NCBI GenBank assembly: GCA_026395435.1
Contig: JAPLYT010000003.1
Span: 4,024 to 68,023 of the forward strand
Reading direction: 5' to 3'
DNA: 64,000 nucleotides
Source: Candidatus Saccharimonadota bacterium
Lineage (GTDB): Bacteria > Patescibacteriota > Saccharimonadia > Saccharimonadales > AWTP1-31
The notes under the pieces are model-generated. The model was not told where the DNA came from. It worked only from the letters and a program-made list of their open reading frames with translations, and made no database searches. Below, in pieces: positions 53,777 through 63,432 of the stretch; position 1 is the first letter of the stretch, and the number at the start of each line of letters is the position of its first letter. Position numbers and translations under genes: made by a program.

Positions 53777-54943
53777 ATGACACCAGAAGCACATCCCACT
53801 CGAGAAGCGCATATCACCGATGCGGACCTTCACTCTACAATGATTTCTGAAATGGTTTACGATGAGTTGGTTCGCCAAGCTTCAGGCCATACGAGTCGTG
53901 CTTCTCGATTTGTTCCGCTAGAATTTAACCCTCGCGATATGTATCGAAATCCTAATGAAGGTAATCCGGGACAGCTACTGGCTGATTATTGCATCACTCC
54001 AGATGCAATCGATGGCATTGAAGATTTTATACACGCTGCTGCGGAAACTTTTTTGCCAGGATTTTCGGGTATGGTCGAGAAATTTCGAGACGCCGAGCAT
54101 GAGCCCCTGCTTGATTCATTAATAGAAAAGCTTGATGCTAACGAGAATGTTTTAATAGCTACTAATCATGGCGAGATCTATGATATTGCGATCATCTTAT
54201 CAGCTATCCGAGTCGCTCTTGCCGGCCATCTAGCTAAACAGGGACGTGAGCCCATCGAATCAGACAGGTTCAATATTATTGTTCATCGAATGATTAGCCA
54301 GCTTGGCGTAGCCGACGACCATGACCCTAGCAAGATTGCACCGGCATTGAGTGTCCTGAAACTCGTTGGGGAAATTTACTTAAGTTTTCCAAATACCGAA
54401 ACATCTAAAAAAGCCCGCCTTCCACCAGGATTGTCCAAATATTGTAATAAGCAAATGCTCTCTGCCCTATCCCTAAAATTAAGCATGGGAGGGCAAATAT
54501 TGGCAATTGCTCCGAGTGGTAGCAAAGATGAATCGGTTCGTGATCGTCTCGGAAAGCCTCGTAAAGTAATCAAGCCGGTAAACAGTGGTACGTTTGCGCT
54601 CATGCAGGCAGACAAAACGTGGGTACTGGGCGTAGGCGTTTCCCTCGATCAAAAAAATGGTCCATCATTTTCGGTCTCAGATCTGAAACAATGTAAGAAT
54701 GATGATGACTGTCGTGAAGTTCTTAATTCGATCGCTGCCCATCATTCAAAACTCACTGGAATAAAAACTGTTTTTGCTGAGCGCCAATCCGATATGGAAC
54801 GATTACGGGAAGAAGCAGCAGAAGTCATCCAGACGACTTCTGAAAAATCTCATATATCTCCTGAGACATTAGTAAAGGTTGGCGTTGCGGCCACCGCCCT
54901 TACTGTTGGTTTCTTACTAGGAAGACGATCAAAAAAGCGCTAG
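53777..54943 (+). CDS. putative acyltransferase (PlsC/LPLAT-like HX4D motif) with C-terminal TM tail
   Basis: IATNHGEIYD contains H-x4-D. C-terminal helix VGVAATALTVGFLLG followed by RRSKKR. Tentative. Confidence 0.5.
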   Translation: MTPEAHPTREAHITDADLHSTMISEMVYDELVRQASGHTSRASRFVPLEFNPRDMYRNPNEGNPGQLLADYCITPDAIDGIEDFIHAAAETFLPGFSGMVEKFRDAEHEPLLDSLIEKLDANENVLIATNHGEIYDIAIILSAIRVALAGHLAKQGREPIESDRFNIIVHRMISQLGVADDHDPSKIAPALSVLKLVGEIYLSFPNTETSKKARLPPGLSKYCNKQMLSALSLKLSMGGQILAIAPSGSKDESVRDRLGKPRKVIKPVNSGTFALMQADKTWVLGVGVSLDQKNGPSFSVSDLKQCKNDDDCREVLNSIAAHHSKLTGIKTVFAERQSDMERLREEAAEVIQTTSEKSHISPETLVKVGVAATALTVGFLLGRRSKKR

Positions 54944-55738
54944 AGATACCAGGATTAATAAACCGAGCGAAATTCGATAGTAGGCAAAGATTTTAAAATC
55001 ATGATGTGCTACGTATTTGAGTAGCCATTTTACGACGACGAGGGCACTGAAAAAGGCGGCAATTGTACCAACAATCAACGCAGACGATCCGCCTGAAATC
55101 TGAGATAACTTGTCTCCATCTTTAATAAGCTTGTAGCCACTAGCAAGAATTAAGATCGGTAGGCTTAGGTAAAAAGAAAATGCAGTGGCTGTGGACCTGT
55201 CGATGCCGCTCATGAGTCCTCCCATGATAGTTGCGCCTGAACGTGACACCCCAGGGATTAAAGATAAAATTTGGTACATTCCAACCTGCAACGATTGTTT
55301 TATCGTCAGTGAATCAAGATCTGGCTGTACTGGCTTGATTCGGCGACTTGCAACATGATTTTCGACTGCCAAAATTGCAAAACCTCCGAGTATCAAGGCG
55401 CAGGCTACTATAGGCAGCGTTGCTAATGTGCTGAATTTTTTATCGAGTGCTAGCCCAAAAAGTCCTGCAGGTATGGTGGCAATAATCCAATTTTTCCAAA
55501 ATGAAATAGCTTTTTTATCCCTTTTGAAAAGCGCAAGCGTACGCCCCAAAAGGTCATCGCGATAATACAAAATTATCGCACCAATTGCGCCAACCTGAAT
55601 CACAACCGTGAATAACTCAGCAGCATCTTTATAGCCGATAAGATTCTCCGCTACGAGTAAATGTCCGGTACTCGAAATTGGTAAAAATTCAGTAAGTCCT
55701 TCGATGATACCGAGTAGAAGTGCGTGTAATAAAGCCAT
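54929..55738 (-). CDS. uppP: undecaprenyl-diphosphate phosphatase
   Basis: GIIEGLTEFLPISSTGHLL and PGVSRSGATI motifs. The ATG at 55738 is preferred over the GTG at 55741. Confidence 0.9.
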   Translation of the reverse strand: MALLHALLLGIIEGLTEFLPISSTGHLLVAENLIGYKDAAELFTVVIQVGAIGAIILYYRDDLLGRTLALFKRDKKAISFWKNWIIATIPAGLFGLALDKKFSTLATLPIVACALILGGFAILAVENHVASRRIKPVQPDLDSLTIKQSLQVGMYQILSLIPGVSRSGATIMGGLMSGIDRSTATAFSFYLSLPILILASGYKLIKDGDKLSQISGGSSALIVGTIAAFFSALVVVKWLLKYVAHHDFKIFAYYRISLGLLILVSLALF

Positions 55739-55749
55739 CACTTAAGTGT

Positions 55750-55777
55750 AAAGTAGAAAGTTAAAAGTAGAAAGTTA
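55750..55777. repeat. perfect tandem duplication of a 14-nt unit (AAAGTAGAAAGTTA x2) in the uppP promoter region
   Basis: Read directly. The same 12-mer AAAGTAGAAAGT recurs at 45951-45962, upstream of the CNNM gene 44830..45924. Confidence 0.7.
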
Positions 55778-55834
55778 ACATTACTAGAGGTTTCTCCTCT
55801 AACAGATGGAAGAAATGTGAATTACGATTTCTGG

Positions 55835-56308
55835 TTATTTATTGTGTTTCTTTTTGAGGTCGCTCAGGCGAGTAATAAATGATTGAGCAGCACCTTCGAG
55901 TTCTAACACTCGAAGAGCTCCAACCACGACGTACAGTTCGTCCATTTGCTGCTCCGATGGCTTGGCAACCTGTTCGGCGGCTTTGAACATTCCCTCAATT
56001 CGTTTTACTAACCATTTCTCTTGAGCGGCGGTAACTTGATTTGTGGTTATGGGTTTTATTTCAGCAGTATTGATAACCTCAATTGATCGCGCAGAGTGGT
56101 CACGTTTACGCAGATGTCCTCTTGAAATCAAGCTGTTAACATGAAGCGAGATTGTCGCAACAGATGTGTAGTTGAGTCCGTTCATGATTTCACGGTAGCT
56201 TGGACTATAGCCGTGTTCAGCGATAAAATTTTGAATATAGGTCAAGATCTCGCGTTGTTTTTTGGTGGGTCGAATGGCTGCAGGGCTATCTTCTTTTACT
56301 TGTTTCAT
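55835..56308 (-). CDS. LexA-type winged-helix DNA-binding protein without S24 peptidase domain
   Basis: TKKQREILTYIQNFIAEHGYSPSYREIMNGLNYTSVATISLHVNSLISRGHLRK matches the LexA N-terminal domain. The remaining approx 80 aa are helical, with no Ser/Lys dyad region. Confidence 0.6.
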   Translation of the reverse strand: MKQVKEDSPAAIRPTKKQREILTYIQNFIAEHGYSPSYREIMNGLNYTSVATISLHVNSLISRGHLRKRDHSARSIEVINTAEIKPITTNQVTAAQEKWLVKRIEGMFKAAEQVAKPSEQQMDELYVVVGALRVLELEGAAQSFITRLSDLKKKHNK

Positions 56309-56325
56309 TTGCTATATTCTCATAC

Positions 56326-56757
56326 TTAGGTTGTTGAATGACGTATGTGGTGGTGGGTATGCGACGGGAATACCCAATACTTGTACCAGAGGTAATTCCA
56401 GATTGTAAAGAAACCTGCTGAAATAAACTGTCCTACATAAGGGGTCAAGCCTGCTTGTTTGAGACTCCATATAATAAGGTAATCTACTAAAAAGTTCACC
56501 AGCGTGATAACAATGTAGCGTCGACTCACTTCAGTTTGATGCTTGGCTAGACTTTTACTATTGAAAACCCAATATCGCTGAAGCATGTAGTTCACGAGCC
56601 AACCACAGACATTGGCGAGTAGTTTAGCCCACCATAAATTCAGATGGAATATCTGGTCGCCAATAGCAAAAACAGCATATCCGGTCCAAAAGTAGGCACC
56701 GCCACTCACTAAATATTCGGCGATTCTAACGGCTTCTCTTCTTTGTTTTCGTTTCAT
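56326..56757 (-). CDS. GtrA-family membrane protein
   Basis: 143 aa with four TM helices and YLVSGGAYFWTGYAVFAI, typical of GtrA-like proteins. Confidence 0.75.
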   Translation of the reverse strand: MKRKQRREAVRIAEYLVSGGAYFWTGYAVFAIGDQIFHLNLWWAKLLANVCGWLVNYMLQRYWVFNSKSLAKHQTEVSRRYIVITLVNFLVDYLIIWSLKQAGLTPYVGQFISAGFFTIWNYLWYKYWVFPSHTHHHIRHSTT

Positions 56758-56892
56758 AATTTCATGGATGTTTACTTTTTAATGCTACTGTTTATTATTA
56801 TACGCTAGATGTAGGGTAATGGCATATCATGACCACGATAATCACCGTTTTAATCTGTTGCATGGTCATTCTTATGCTATAATTGACCGCAT

Positions 56893-58608
56893 ATGTCTGA
56901 ACACGATATACCTCACAATCGCCCAAAAAGACGCCCTATTGATTCTATTGATGGCATCATGCCAAACCGCAAAAATGCTATTCTTTCACCGCAGTATTAC
57001 AAACAAAGTACCCAGCGAACGCCTGGCCAAAGAAGAAGTCTAGGAGTTCAACCTGGGCGCAAACGGCCTCACATGGAAGGTTTTACTCCCGCAGAAACCG
57101 CAGTTGAAGAAAAACAACCAACAATTGGTGATTTCGAATCCGTAGACCTGACTGAATTTGGCGACACTCCTCTCGACCTTCCATCAAAAGATACCAAAAA
57201 AACCAAAAAAGCTCCTGGCCGTATTCGGAAGTGGTGGAAAAACCGATCACGAAAGTTCAAGATTTTGTTTTTCTTGGTGATTTTTGCCTTAGTTGGAGGA
57301 GGACTCTTAGGCGTTCGTCTGTATTCGTTCTTGCACTCCGTGTTTGCGAAGAACGTTGGTAACAGTAGCTCGGTAGCGCTCGGCAAGAAAACTGATCCAA
57401 ATCAACTCAATACCGAGGGCGATGGACGACTTAATATTTTACTTCTTGGACGCGGTGGCGTCGAAAATGAAGCTCCTGACCTAACTGACACCATGCTTAT
57501 TGCTAGTGTTGACCTACAGAATCAAACAGCATCCCTTCTCAGTGTCCCGCGAGATATGTGGGTAAGCGTCAATGGGTCAAATATGAAAATTAATGCTGCC
57601 TACAGTACGGGCAAAGAGCTTGCAACATACAAAGGTGCTAAAGCAGACGCAGCCGAAGATGCAGGAATCAAAACCGCTATTACCGCGATGCGAAATGTCT
57701 CCGGTGTTCCGATCCATAAATATGTCTTAACAGACTATGTCGCTTTTAGAGATGTTGTGGATGCTCTTGGTGGCGTCGATGTGAATGTACCTGAACGTAT
57801 TTACGATGGATTTACCGGCTGGTCGTTTAAGGCCGGAAACCAGACGATGGATGGCGATTTAGCACTGCAATATGCTCGCACAAGACATGGTACAGCCCGA
57901 GGTGACTTTGATCGAAACGAACATCAACGTCAGCTCCTCGTTGCTATGAAAGACAAAGCGACATCCACGGGAATTGTCGCCAACCCGGTACGCCTCAACA
58001 GCTTGGCAAATGCCGTTCAGAAAAACATCCGTACCGATCTTTCCCTCGATGAAGCCAAAACCTTATTCAGTAAGACCAAAACCCTAACCGATGCGAATAT
58101 CAAATCACTTGACCTCGCAAAACCAGATGGACCACTGATCATGACAGGAAATATCGATGGAATTTCAGTTGTCCACCCTGTTGCTGGCTATTATGATTAC
58201 ACCAAAATCAGATACTATGCTCGAAGCAACATGATCGATCCATATATCAAAAAAGAAGCGCCTACCGTAGCTGTATACAATGGTTCAGGTAAATCTGGAG
58301 CTGCGACAATCGTTGGGGATATACTCTCCGGATACGGCTACAAAGTACTCATCAAAGAAACCAGCAAAGAAACACAAAACCAAACGCTTGTCGTTAAAAT
58401 GAATAAAGTTGATCAAATATTTACCGATCGTCTCCTCTCTGTCCGGTTCGGTGTATCGATTACTAAGTCACTTCCAACTGGTGTAATGCCTCCGAAAGAA
58501 CCAGCCCCGGCCAGTACTTCCACGACCCCAGCCAAAGCCGATCCAACGCCAGACTACGTCATAGTACTCGGTGTCGACTACGAACAGAAAAACGGCCCTA
58601 CTTGGTAG
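56893..58608 (+). CDS. LytR-CpsA-Psr (LCP) family glycopolymer transferase
   Basis: Cytoplasmic tail, one TM helix, then RLNILLLGRGG..DLTDTMLIASVDLQNQTASLLSVPRDMWV and RTRHGTARGDFDR. A LytR_C-like C-terminal domain and a Pro-rich tail follow. Confidence 0.85.
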   Translation: MSEHDIPHNRPKRRPIDSIDGIMPNRKNAILSPQYYKQSTQRTPGQRRSLGVQPGRKRPHMEGFTPAETAVEEKQPTIGDFESVDLTEFGDTPLDLPSKDTKKTKKAPGRIRKWWKNRSRKFKILFFLVIFALVGGGLLGVRLYSFLHSVFAKNVGNSSSVALGKKTDPNQLNTEGDGRLNILLLGRGGVENEAPDLTDTMLIASVDLQNQTASLLSVPRDMWVSVNGSNMKINAAYSTGKELATYKGAKADAAEDAGIKTAITAMRNVSGVPIHKYVLTDYVAFRDVVDALGGVDVNVPERIYDGFTGWSFKAGNQTMDGDLALQYARTRHGTARGDFDRNEHQRQLLVAMKDKATSTGIVANPVRLNSLANAVQKNIRTDLSLDEAKTLFSKTKTLTDANIKSLDLAKPDGPLIMTGNIDGISVVHPVAGYYDYTKIRYYARSNMIDPYIKKEAPTVAVYNGSGKSGAATIVGDILSGYGYKVLIKETSKETQNQTLVVKMNKVDQIFTDRLLSVRFGVSITKSLPTGVMPPKEPAPASTSTTPAKADPTPDYVIVLGVDYEQKNGPTW

Positions 58609-58611
58609 GTC

Positions 58612-58675
58612 ATAGGAGGGGATGACTTCCCCTCCTATCGCGCCAACAAAATGATACATTTTGTTGGGCTTTTCT
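58612..58675. terminator. two strong hairpins between convergent genes
   Basis: ATAGGAGGGG-(7 nt)-CCCCTCCTAT (58612-58638, 10 bp) and CCAACAAAATG-ATA-CATTTTGTTGG (58643-58667, 11 bp). The second is followed by GCTTTTCT on the plus strand. Confidence 0.6.
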
Positions 58676-58690
58676 CCCCTCAATTTTTAT

Positions 58691-59197
58691 CTATTCAAAC
58701 CTGAGGAGATCAACATTTTTTGCGACTTCATCAGACTTGAAGATGCCGCCATTCATACTTAGATACACTCCTGGCTCAATCGACTGAAAAGATGCAATAG
58801 CAAAACCTAAGTTAAAACCGGCGTCAGAAGCTGCAAACCCCATAATCGGAACCATTGAGCCCGTAAGAATAATCTTTTTACCCGAAATGTTTTTAGCGTC
58901 TAGATATTGTGCAGTCTGCGCCATTGTAAAAGTACCATGGGGGATAAGAATATTTTCATGAGGAGACTGCTCTATAGCTTTAATCAACTTGTCTCGATCA
59001 TCGTCTGTAATATCTCTACTGTCCTTTGCAGCGATCGGCTCAGAGCTAAAATTAAAATGCGGTTGGATCAAATTATGTAAATAACTATCAATAGTCGAAT
59101 CGAGTTTTAGTAGTTTCTTATTAAAGGCATCGTATGAGGGGTCTATAAACTCAATCGTACCACCCATCTTGATAATGTGAACGTGTGTTTTAGTCAT
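58691..59197 (-). CDS. asparaginase-family protein, single N-terminal-type domain (168 aa)
   Basis: IIKMGGTIEF, IPHGTFTMAQTA and IILTGSMVPI correspond to asparaginase/glutaminase N-domain motifs. Start trimmed to MTKTHV (TATCAT 6 nt upstream). Confidence 0.55.
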   Translation of the reverse strand: MTKTHVHIIKMGGTIEFIDPSYDAFNKKLLKLDSTIDSYLHNLIQPHFNFSSEPIAAKDSRDITDDDRDKLIKAIEQSPHENILIPHGTFTMAQTAQYLDAKNISGKKIILTGSMVPIMGFAASDAGFNLGFAIASFQSIEPGVYLSMNGGIFKSDEVAKNVDLLRFE

Positions 59198-59255
59198 GAC
59201 TACATGATACCAAAAAATGTAACAATATCTTTGAAGACAGCTATACATTAGGAAC

Positions 59256-59422
59256 ATCACCTATTAGGGTTGAGGTAGTTTCGATGCGATTCTGAGCAAC
59301 GGACTGAGCCGTACAGAAAGTACGGCGAAGGAGTAGCGGAGGAATCAAATCGGAAATACCCAACAGTACTGCAAAGTGGCGGGCTTTGCCCGACGCTCAA
59401 GCAGTACGGCCTAATAGGTGAT
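59256..59422. repeat. copy B (best preserved) of the hairpin-rich element; perfect 13-bp terminal inverted repeats
   Basis: ATCACCTATTAGG (59256-59268) pairs with CCTAATAGGTGAT (59410-59422). Internal hairpins GCCGTAC-AGAAA-GTACGGC (59308-59326) and CGGGC-TTT-GCCCG (59380-59392). Confidence 0.65.
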
Positions 59423-59433
59423 AGAATAGGGAT

Positions 59434-60858
59434 ATGAAAAACAACGCATCAATGGCCTACGCCATTCTGCTCATAATTGGCGATTTCCTCGCCCTCATCG
59501 CCGCTTTCACTGTCGCCTACATCTTACGCGTCAAAATAGACGCCCGTCCGCTTGTAGAGCAAATCAAGGCTCGAGAATATATCATCGCCTTTGCCTACGT
59601 CTTACCGCTTTGGATTTTAGTACATAGTTTCATTGGCCTATACTCTCAGCGAGTATACGAAAAACGATTTACTGAACTTGGCCGGCTCTTAGTAGGTTCG
59701 GTATTGGGTATTCTGGTTGTTATTGGCTTTAACTTCGTCACCAATGGCAAGCTCTTCCCCGCACGACTTGTCCCTGTATACGGACTTGGACTTGGTTTTA
59801 GCTTCTTGGTACTATTCCGGACTATTGCTCGTCTTGCCAGACGATCGCTCTATGCTTACGGCATTGGTGTCAGCAATGTCCTAATCGTTGGAAATACTAA
59901 GAGTTCAAGCATGATCGCCGAGGCAATCTGTAATACAAAAAATACTGGTCAACAAGTACTCGGCATTGTAAGTTCAGAATCAACAGATTTCACGCAATAT
60001 TCAAATTTTAAAACCGCAATAGAAAAGATTAGCCAACCCATTCACAGTATTATTCAAACGGAACTATATAAAGACCAAGACCGAAATGACGAAGTTCTAA
60101 GCTTCGCCCAGAAACATCATGCCGCATACCGTTTCGTTCCCGGCAATACGAGCCTTTTTGTTGGTAATATCGAAGTTGAACTTTTTGCCGGTCAAATCCC
60201 GATGATTGCAGTCCATCAAACAGCACTCGTTGGGTGGGGTCGTATCGCAAAACGGCTATTCGATATTTTCGTATCACTCGTCGCACTTCTGGTCGCGTCT
60301 CCACTTTTCTTGATTATTGCATTGTTAGAAATAATTATTGGCGGAGGATTTCCAATTTTCTTCCGACAAGTTCGACTGACACGATTCAATAACACTTTTA
60401 CGGTGTTTAAATTCCGGACTCACCGCAATGGCTTAAGTGGCCTCAGCGACAAACAAGCGTTTGAAAAATTAGGCAAGCCAGATTTATATAAACAATACAA
60501 AGAAAACGGCTATGCGCTCGATAACGACCCACGGTTAACTCGTCTTGGTTCTTTCCTCCGAAAGACATCCCTCGACGAACTACCCCAGCTGATAAACGTT
60601 CTAAGGGGTGATATCAGTCTGGTTGGACCTCGCCCTTTAATCCCCGAAGAGATTAATACCTACGACAAAAAACATATGATCCTCAGTGTAAAATCTGGCC
60701 TTACCGGTCTAGCTCAAGTTTCAGGACGTCAAAATATCAGCTTCGAAGAACGACGCAAACTGGACATGTATTACGTCCAAAATTGGACTTTCTGGGGCGA
60801 CATCGTCATCCTCGTCAAGACTGCCAAAGAAGTCTTCCTGGGCAGCGGAGCCCTCTAG
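59434..60858 (+). CDS. polyprenyl-phosphate glycosyl-1-phosphate transferase (Bac_transf/WbaP-like priming sugar transferase)
   Basis: N-terminal TM bundle, then [25 protein letters not shown] and [21 protein letters not shown]. Confidence 0.85.
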   Translation: MKNNASMAYAILLIIGDFLALIAAFTVAYILRVKIDARPLVEQIKAREYIIAFAYVLPLWILVHSFIGLYSQRVYEKRFTELGRLLVGSVLGILVVIGFNFVTNGKLFPARLVPVYGLGLGFSFLVLFRTIARLARRSLYAYGIGVSNVLIVGNTKSSSMIAEAICNTKNTGQQVLGIVSSESTDFTQYSNFKTAIEKISQPIHSIIQTELYKDQDRNDEVLSFAQKHHAAYRFVPGNTSLFVGNIEVELFAGQIPMIAVHQTALVGWGRIAKRLFDIFVSLVALLVASPLFLIIALLEIIIGGGFPIFFRQVRLTRFNNTFTVFKFRTHRNGLSGLSDKQAFEKLGKPDLYKQYKENGYALDNDPRLTRLGSFLRKTSLDELPQLINVLRGDISLVGPRPLIPEEINTYDKKHMILSVKSGLTGLAQVSGRQNISFEERRKLDMYYVQNWTFWGDIVILVKTAKEVFLGSGAL

Positions 60859-61952
60859 TGAATACGAAAAAGGTTGCCATAGTACACGATTGGTTGGTTG
60901 GCGGCGGCGCTGAGAAGGTCGTGCAAGAGTTGCATGCTTTATATCCTGGTGCGCCCATCTATACCTCTTATGCAACGCAGGAATGGCGCGATAAACTCGA
61001 CGGCAAAGTAGTCACCGGATCTTTACAGCATTGGCCATTTAGTAAACTCCGCAAATTCTTGGGCGTTAAGCGTATTTGGTGGTTTAGCCATCTCGATCTG
61101 AGTGAATACGATCTGGTAATTAGTAGTTCTGGAAATGGTGAAGCGAAAGACGTAACTGTCAGGGATGGTGCTACGCATATATGTTATTGCCATGCGCCGA
61201 CACATTTTTATTGGCGAAGCTATGACCAATATATGAAGAGTCCTGGATTTGGCGTATTCGATCCACTTGCCAGACTTGGTCTCAAACTACTGGTCAAACC
61301 CCTCCGAAATCGAGATTATAAAGCTGCCCAAAATCCAGATTTCTTTATTGCAAATTCCCAATTTATTGCAGATGAAATTAAGCAATATTATGGACGAGAC
61401 TCGATAGTCATAAATCCTCCTGTAGACGTCGAACGCTTTACATCAGTGAAAAACACCAAACGACAGGGTTTTGTAACTATGGGCCGACAAGTCGCGTATA
61501 AACAAACCGAGATAATCATCGATGCATGCAATGACCTCGACCTGCCCTTAACGGTTATTGGCCGTGGCCCAGAGCATGACAATCTCGTGCGTCGAGCAGG
61601 TCCAAACGTGACCTTCAAAACAAATGTCAGCGATGACCAAATGCCCAGCGAACTTGCCAGTGCCGAAGCGTTCATTTTTGCCGCCGAAGAAGATTTCGGC
61701 ATTGCACCCGTAGAGGCAATGGCAGCCGGTACACCTGTGATCGCATACAAGGCCGGTGGCGCACTCGATTACGTAACACCTGGAATCTCGGGAGAATTCT
61801 TCGAAGAACAGACCGCTGAAAGCCTTAAAAAGAGTCTTGCGCATTTCAATGCAAAACAATATGACTCTCAAACGATCAAAAAACATGCGGGGTCATTTGA
61901 TTCCCAGAACTTTAGAACGAAACTAAAACAATATATACAATCAATTAGCTAA
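60858..61952 (+). CDS. GT4-family glycosyltransferase
   Basis: GTG start overlapping the previous stop by 1 nt. VAIVHDWLVGGGAEKV and the E-x7-E region EDFGIAPVEAMAAGTPVIAYKAGGALDYV. Confidence 0.8.
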   Translation: MNTKKVAIVHDWLVGGGAEKVVQELHALYPGAPIYTSYATQEWRDKLDGKVVTGSLQHWPFSKLRKFLGVKRIWWFSHLDLSEYDLVISSSGNGEAKDVTVRDGATHICYCHAPTHFYWRSYDQYMKSPGFGVFDPLARLGLKLLVKPLRNRDYKAAQNPDFFIANSQFIADEIKQYYGRDSIVINPPVDVERFTSVKNTKRQGFVTMGRQVAYKQTEIIIDACNDLDLPLTVIGRGPEHDNLVRRAGPNVTFKTNVSDDQMPSELASAEAFIFAAEEDFGIAPVEAMAAGTPVIAYKAGGALDYVTPGISGEFFEEQTAESLKKSLAHFNAKQYDSQTIKKHAGSFDSQNFRTKLKQYIQSIS

Positions 61953-63420
61953 TATTAGAGTTGAGGCCTTGAATTACTCGCATACTAACGACGGGCTCAT
62001 CGAGAATATAGTGCCCTCGCTGATACACACCAAAAGGTGCATGTACGTACATATTTACGAGGATTAATCCGATTGTTACTACCATAAAAATCGGTCTGAA
62101 TGCCGTATCTAGCCCTCGATATGATCGTTGCCAACAGGTAACAATAGCTACATATACGAACGGGAGTACCGGCAATAAATAACGACCCTGGATTGCGAAT
62201 GGATAGCCATAAAAATGGTACGTACTAAGGTTATAAAAGAATACGAGAAGAATATATCCTACCGTTATAATGCCAAGTGCTCTGTGCAAGGCGGAACTTC
62301 TTTTTTCACGCCCTAACCAAATTCCAGCTGCCATTATTATCGCAACAAACACCGTCGTGACTCCAGCCACTCTCCTGGCCGGATCGGTAGCTTTTATAGT
62401 CTGGTGACCTCTATAGAAAAACGTCCGTTCATAAATCAAAATACTCCACTGTCGTGCGAAAACTCCAAAGGTTTGAAGCTGACCAGACCCGGCACGTTTT
62501 GCTGCTTCGAATTCTTTTTTCTGACCGGTATTTCGGCGATAAATACTGCTTTGCATGCACTCACTTTCTGAATGTACTTGGTTGCATGCAGGAGTTGTCT
62601 TGCCGTACACAACATAATTTTGAATATACCTTTCGGTGAACAATCCAAATGTCAGAACGAATACGATCATAGCCCCGATAAATGCTCGACGAGTAGGTGC
62701 AGACTTCCAGGCTTTGAGCGTTGATTTCCATATATCGATCCCTATTTTCTTAAATCCATCCTGCTTTAAATGCCATCCAAAAAGTAACAAGAAACATAGC
62801 AATACAACTGGCAGATATGTTTCTTTGACGACGAATAAGAATAGTGCAGTGCCGGCGCTCAGAAGCAGTGGAATAATTTGCAGCTTTTTCTGCAACCCAA
62901 CAAGCTGATACAAGAGTAACCAGAACAAAAGCATGGCTAGATTATCATAGGTAATACCAGCAAACACCCACACAAACATTCCGGTACTAATGAGCCCGGC
63001 GATAACAAGATTTATGGAAAGTTGAGACGTGCCGATACGACGCAAAAGACGAACTAAGACAAGCAAACACAAAAGGCCAATGGCGATATTGAGCAGCCTC
63101 AAACTAAACACCTGAACTTCAATATTTTTGCTAAAAACCGTTACAGCCCTTAGGTAAAAACTCGATAGATACTGGTACATATAACTTGGAAGGCGTTGCA
63201 CATCCCCTAGGATAAAATTGGAATTCTGATCGGCAATCACAGGCCCATCGAGAATAGGCCGATTAGCATAATACTGAGTGAACGTGAAATGAAACTCTTC
63301 GTCAGATGGTACTTTATAATTGATGGCTGCGGCAAAGAAGACAGCTTGACCAACAAAAAGGGCTAGTAAAAAATAAAGGAAATTTCTACTTTTTATACAC
63401 TGTTTCATTTTCTCAATCAT
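61945..63420 (-). CDS. polytopic GT-C-type glycosyltransferase-like membrane protein (ArnT/PMT/DUF2142-like)
   Basis: About 12 TM helices. First extracytoplasmic loop VPSDEEFHFTFTQYY (acidic DE motif). Tentative family call. Confidence 0.5.
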   Translation of the reverse strand: MIEKMKQCIKSRNFLYFLLALFVGQAVFFAAAINYKVPSDEEFHFTFTQYYANRPILDGPVIADQNSNFILGDVQRLPSYMYQYLSSFYLRAVTVFSKNIEVQVFSLRLLNIAIGLLCLLVLVRLLRRIGTSQLSINLVIAGLISTGMFVWVFAGITYDNLAMLLFWLLLYQLVGLQKKLQIIPLLLSAGTALFLFVVKETYLPVVLLCFLLLFGWHLKQDGFKKIGIDIWKSTLKAWKSAPTRRAFIGAMIVFVLTFGLFTERYIQNYVVYGKTTPACNQVHSESECMQSSIYRRNTGQKKEFEAAKRAGSGQLQTFGVFARQWSILIYERTFFYRGHQTIKATDPARRVAGVTTVFVAIIMAAGIWLGREKRSSALHRALGIITVGYILLVFFYNLSTYHFYGYPFAIQGRYLLPVLPFVYVAIVTCWQRSYRGLDTAFRPIFMVVTIGLILVNMYVHAPFGVYQRGHYILDEPVVSMRVIQGLNSNIS

Positions 63421-63432
63421 TCTTTATTCCAG

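Noticed and set aside
59296-59335. Resemblance of CTGAG..GAGCCGTAC-AGAAA-GTACGGC-GAA to the hammerhead core (CUGANGA..GAAA) or to group II intron domain V.
   Set aside because: Copy B has C where the hammerhead's invariant G8 would be, and no stem I/III or cleavage-site context is evident. The stem is half the length of domain V, and no intron ORF or other intron domains are nearby.
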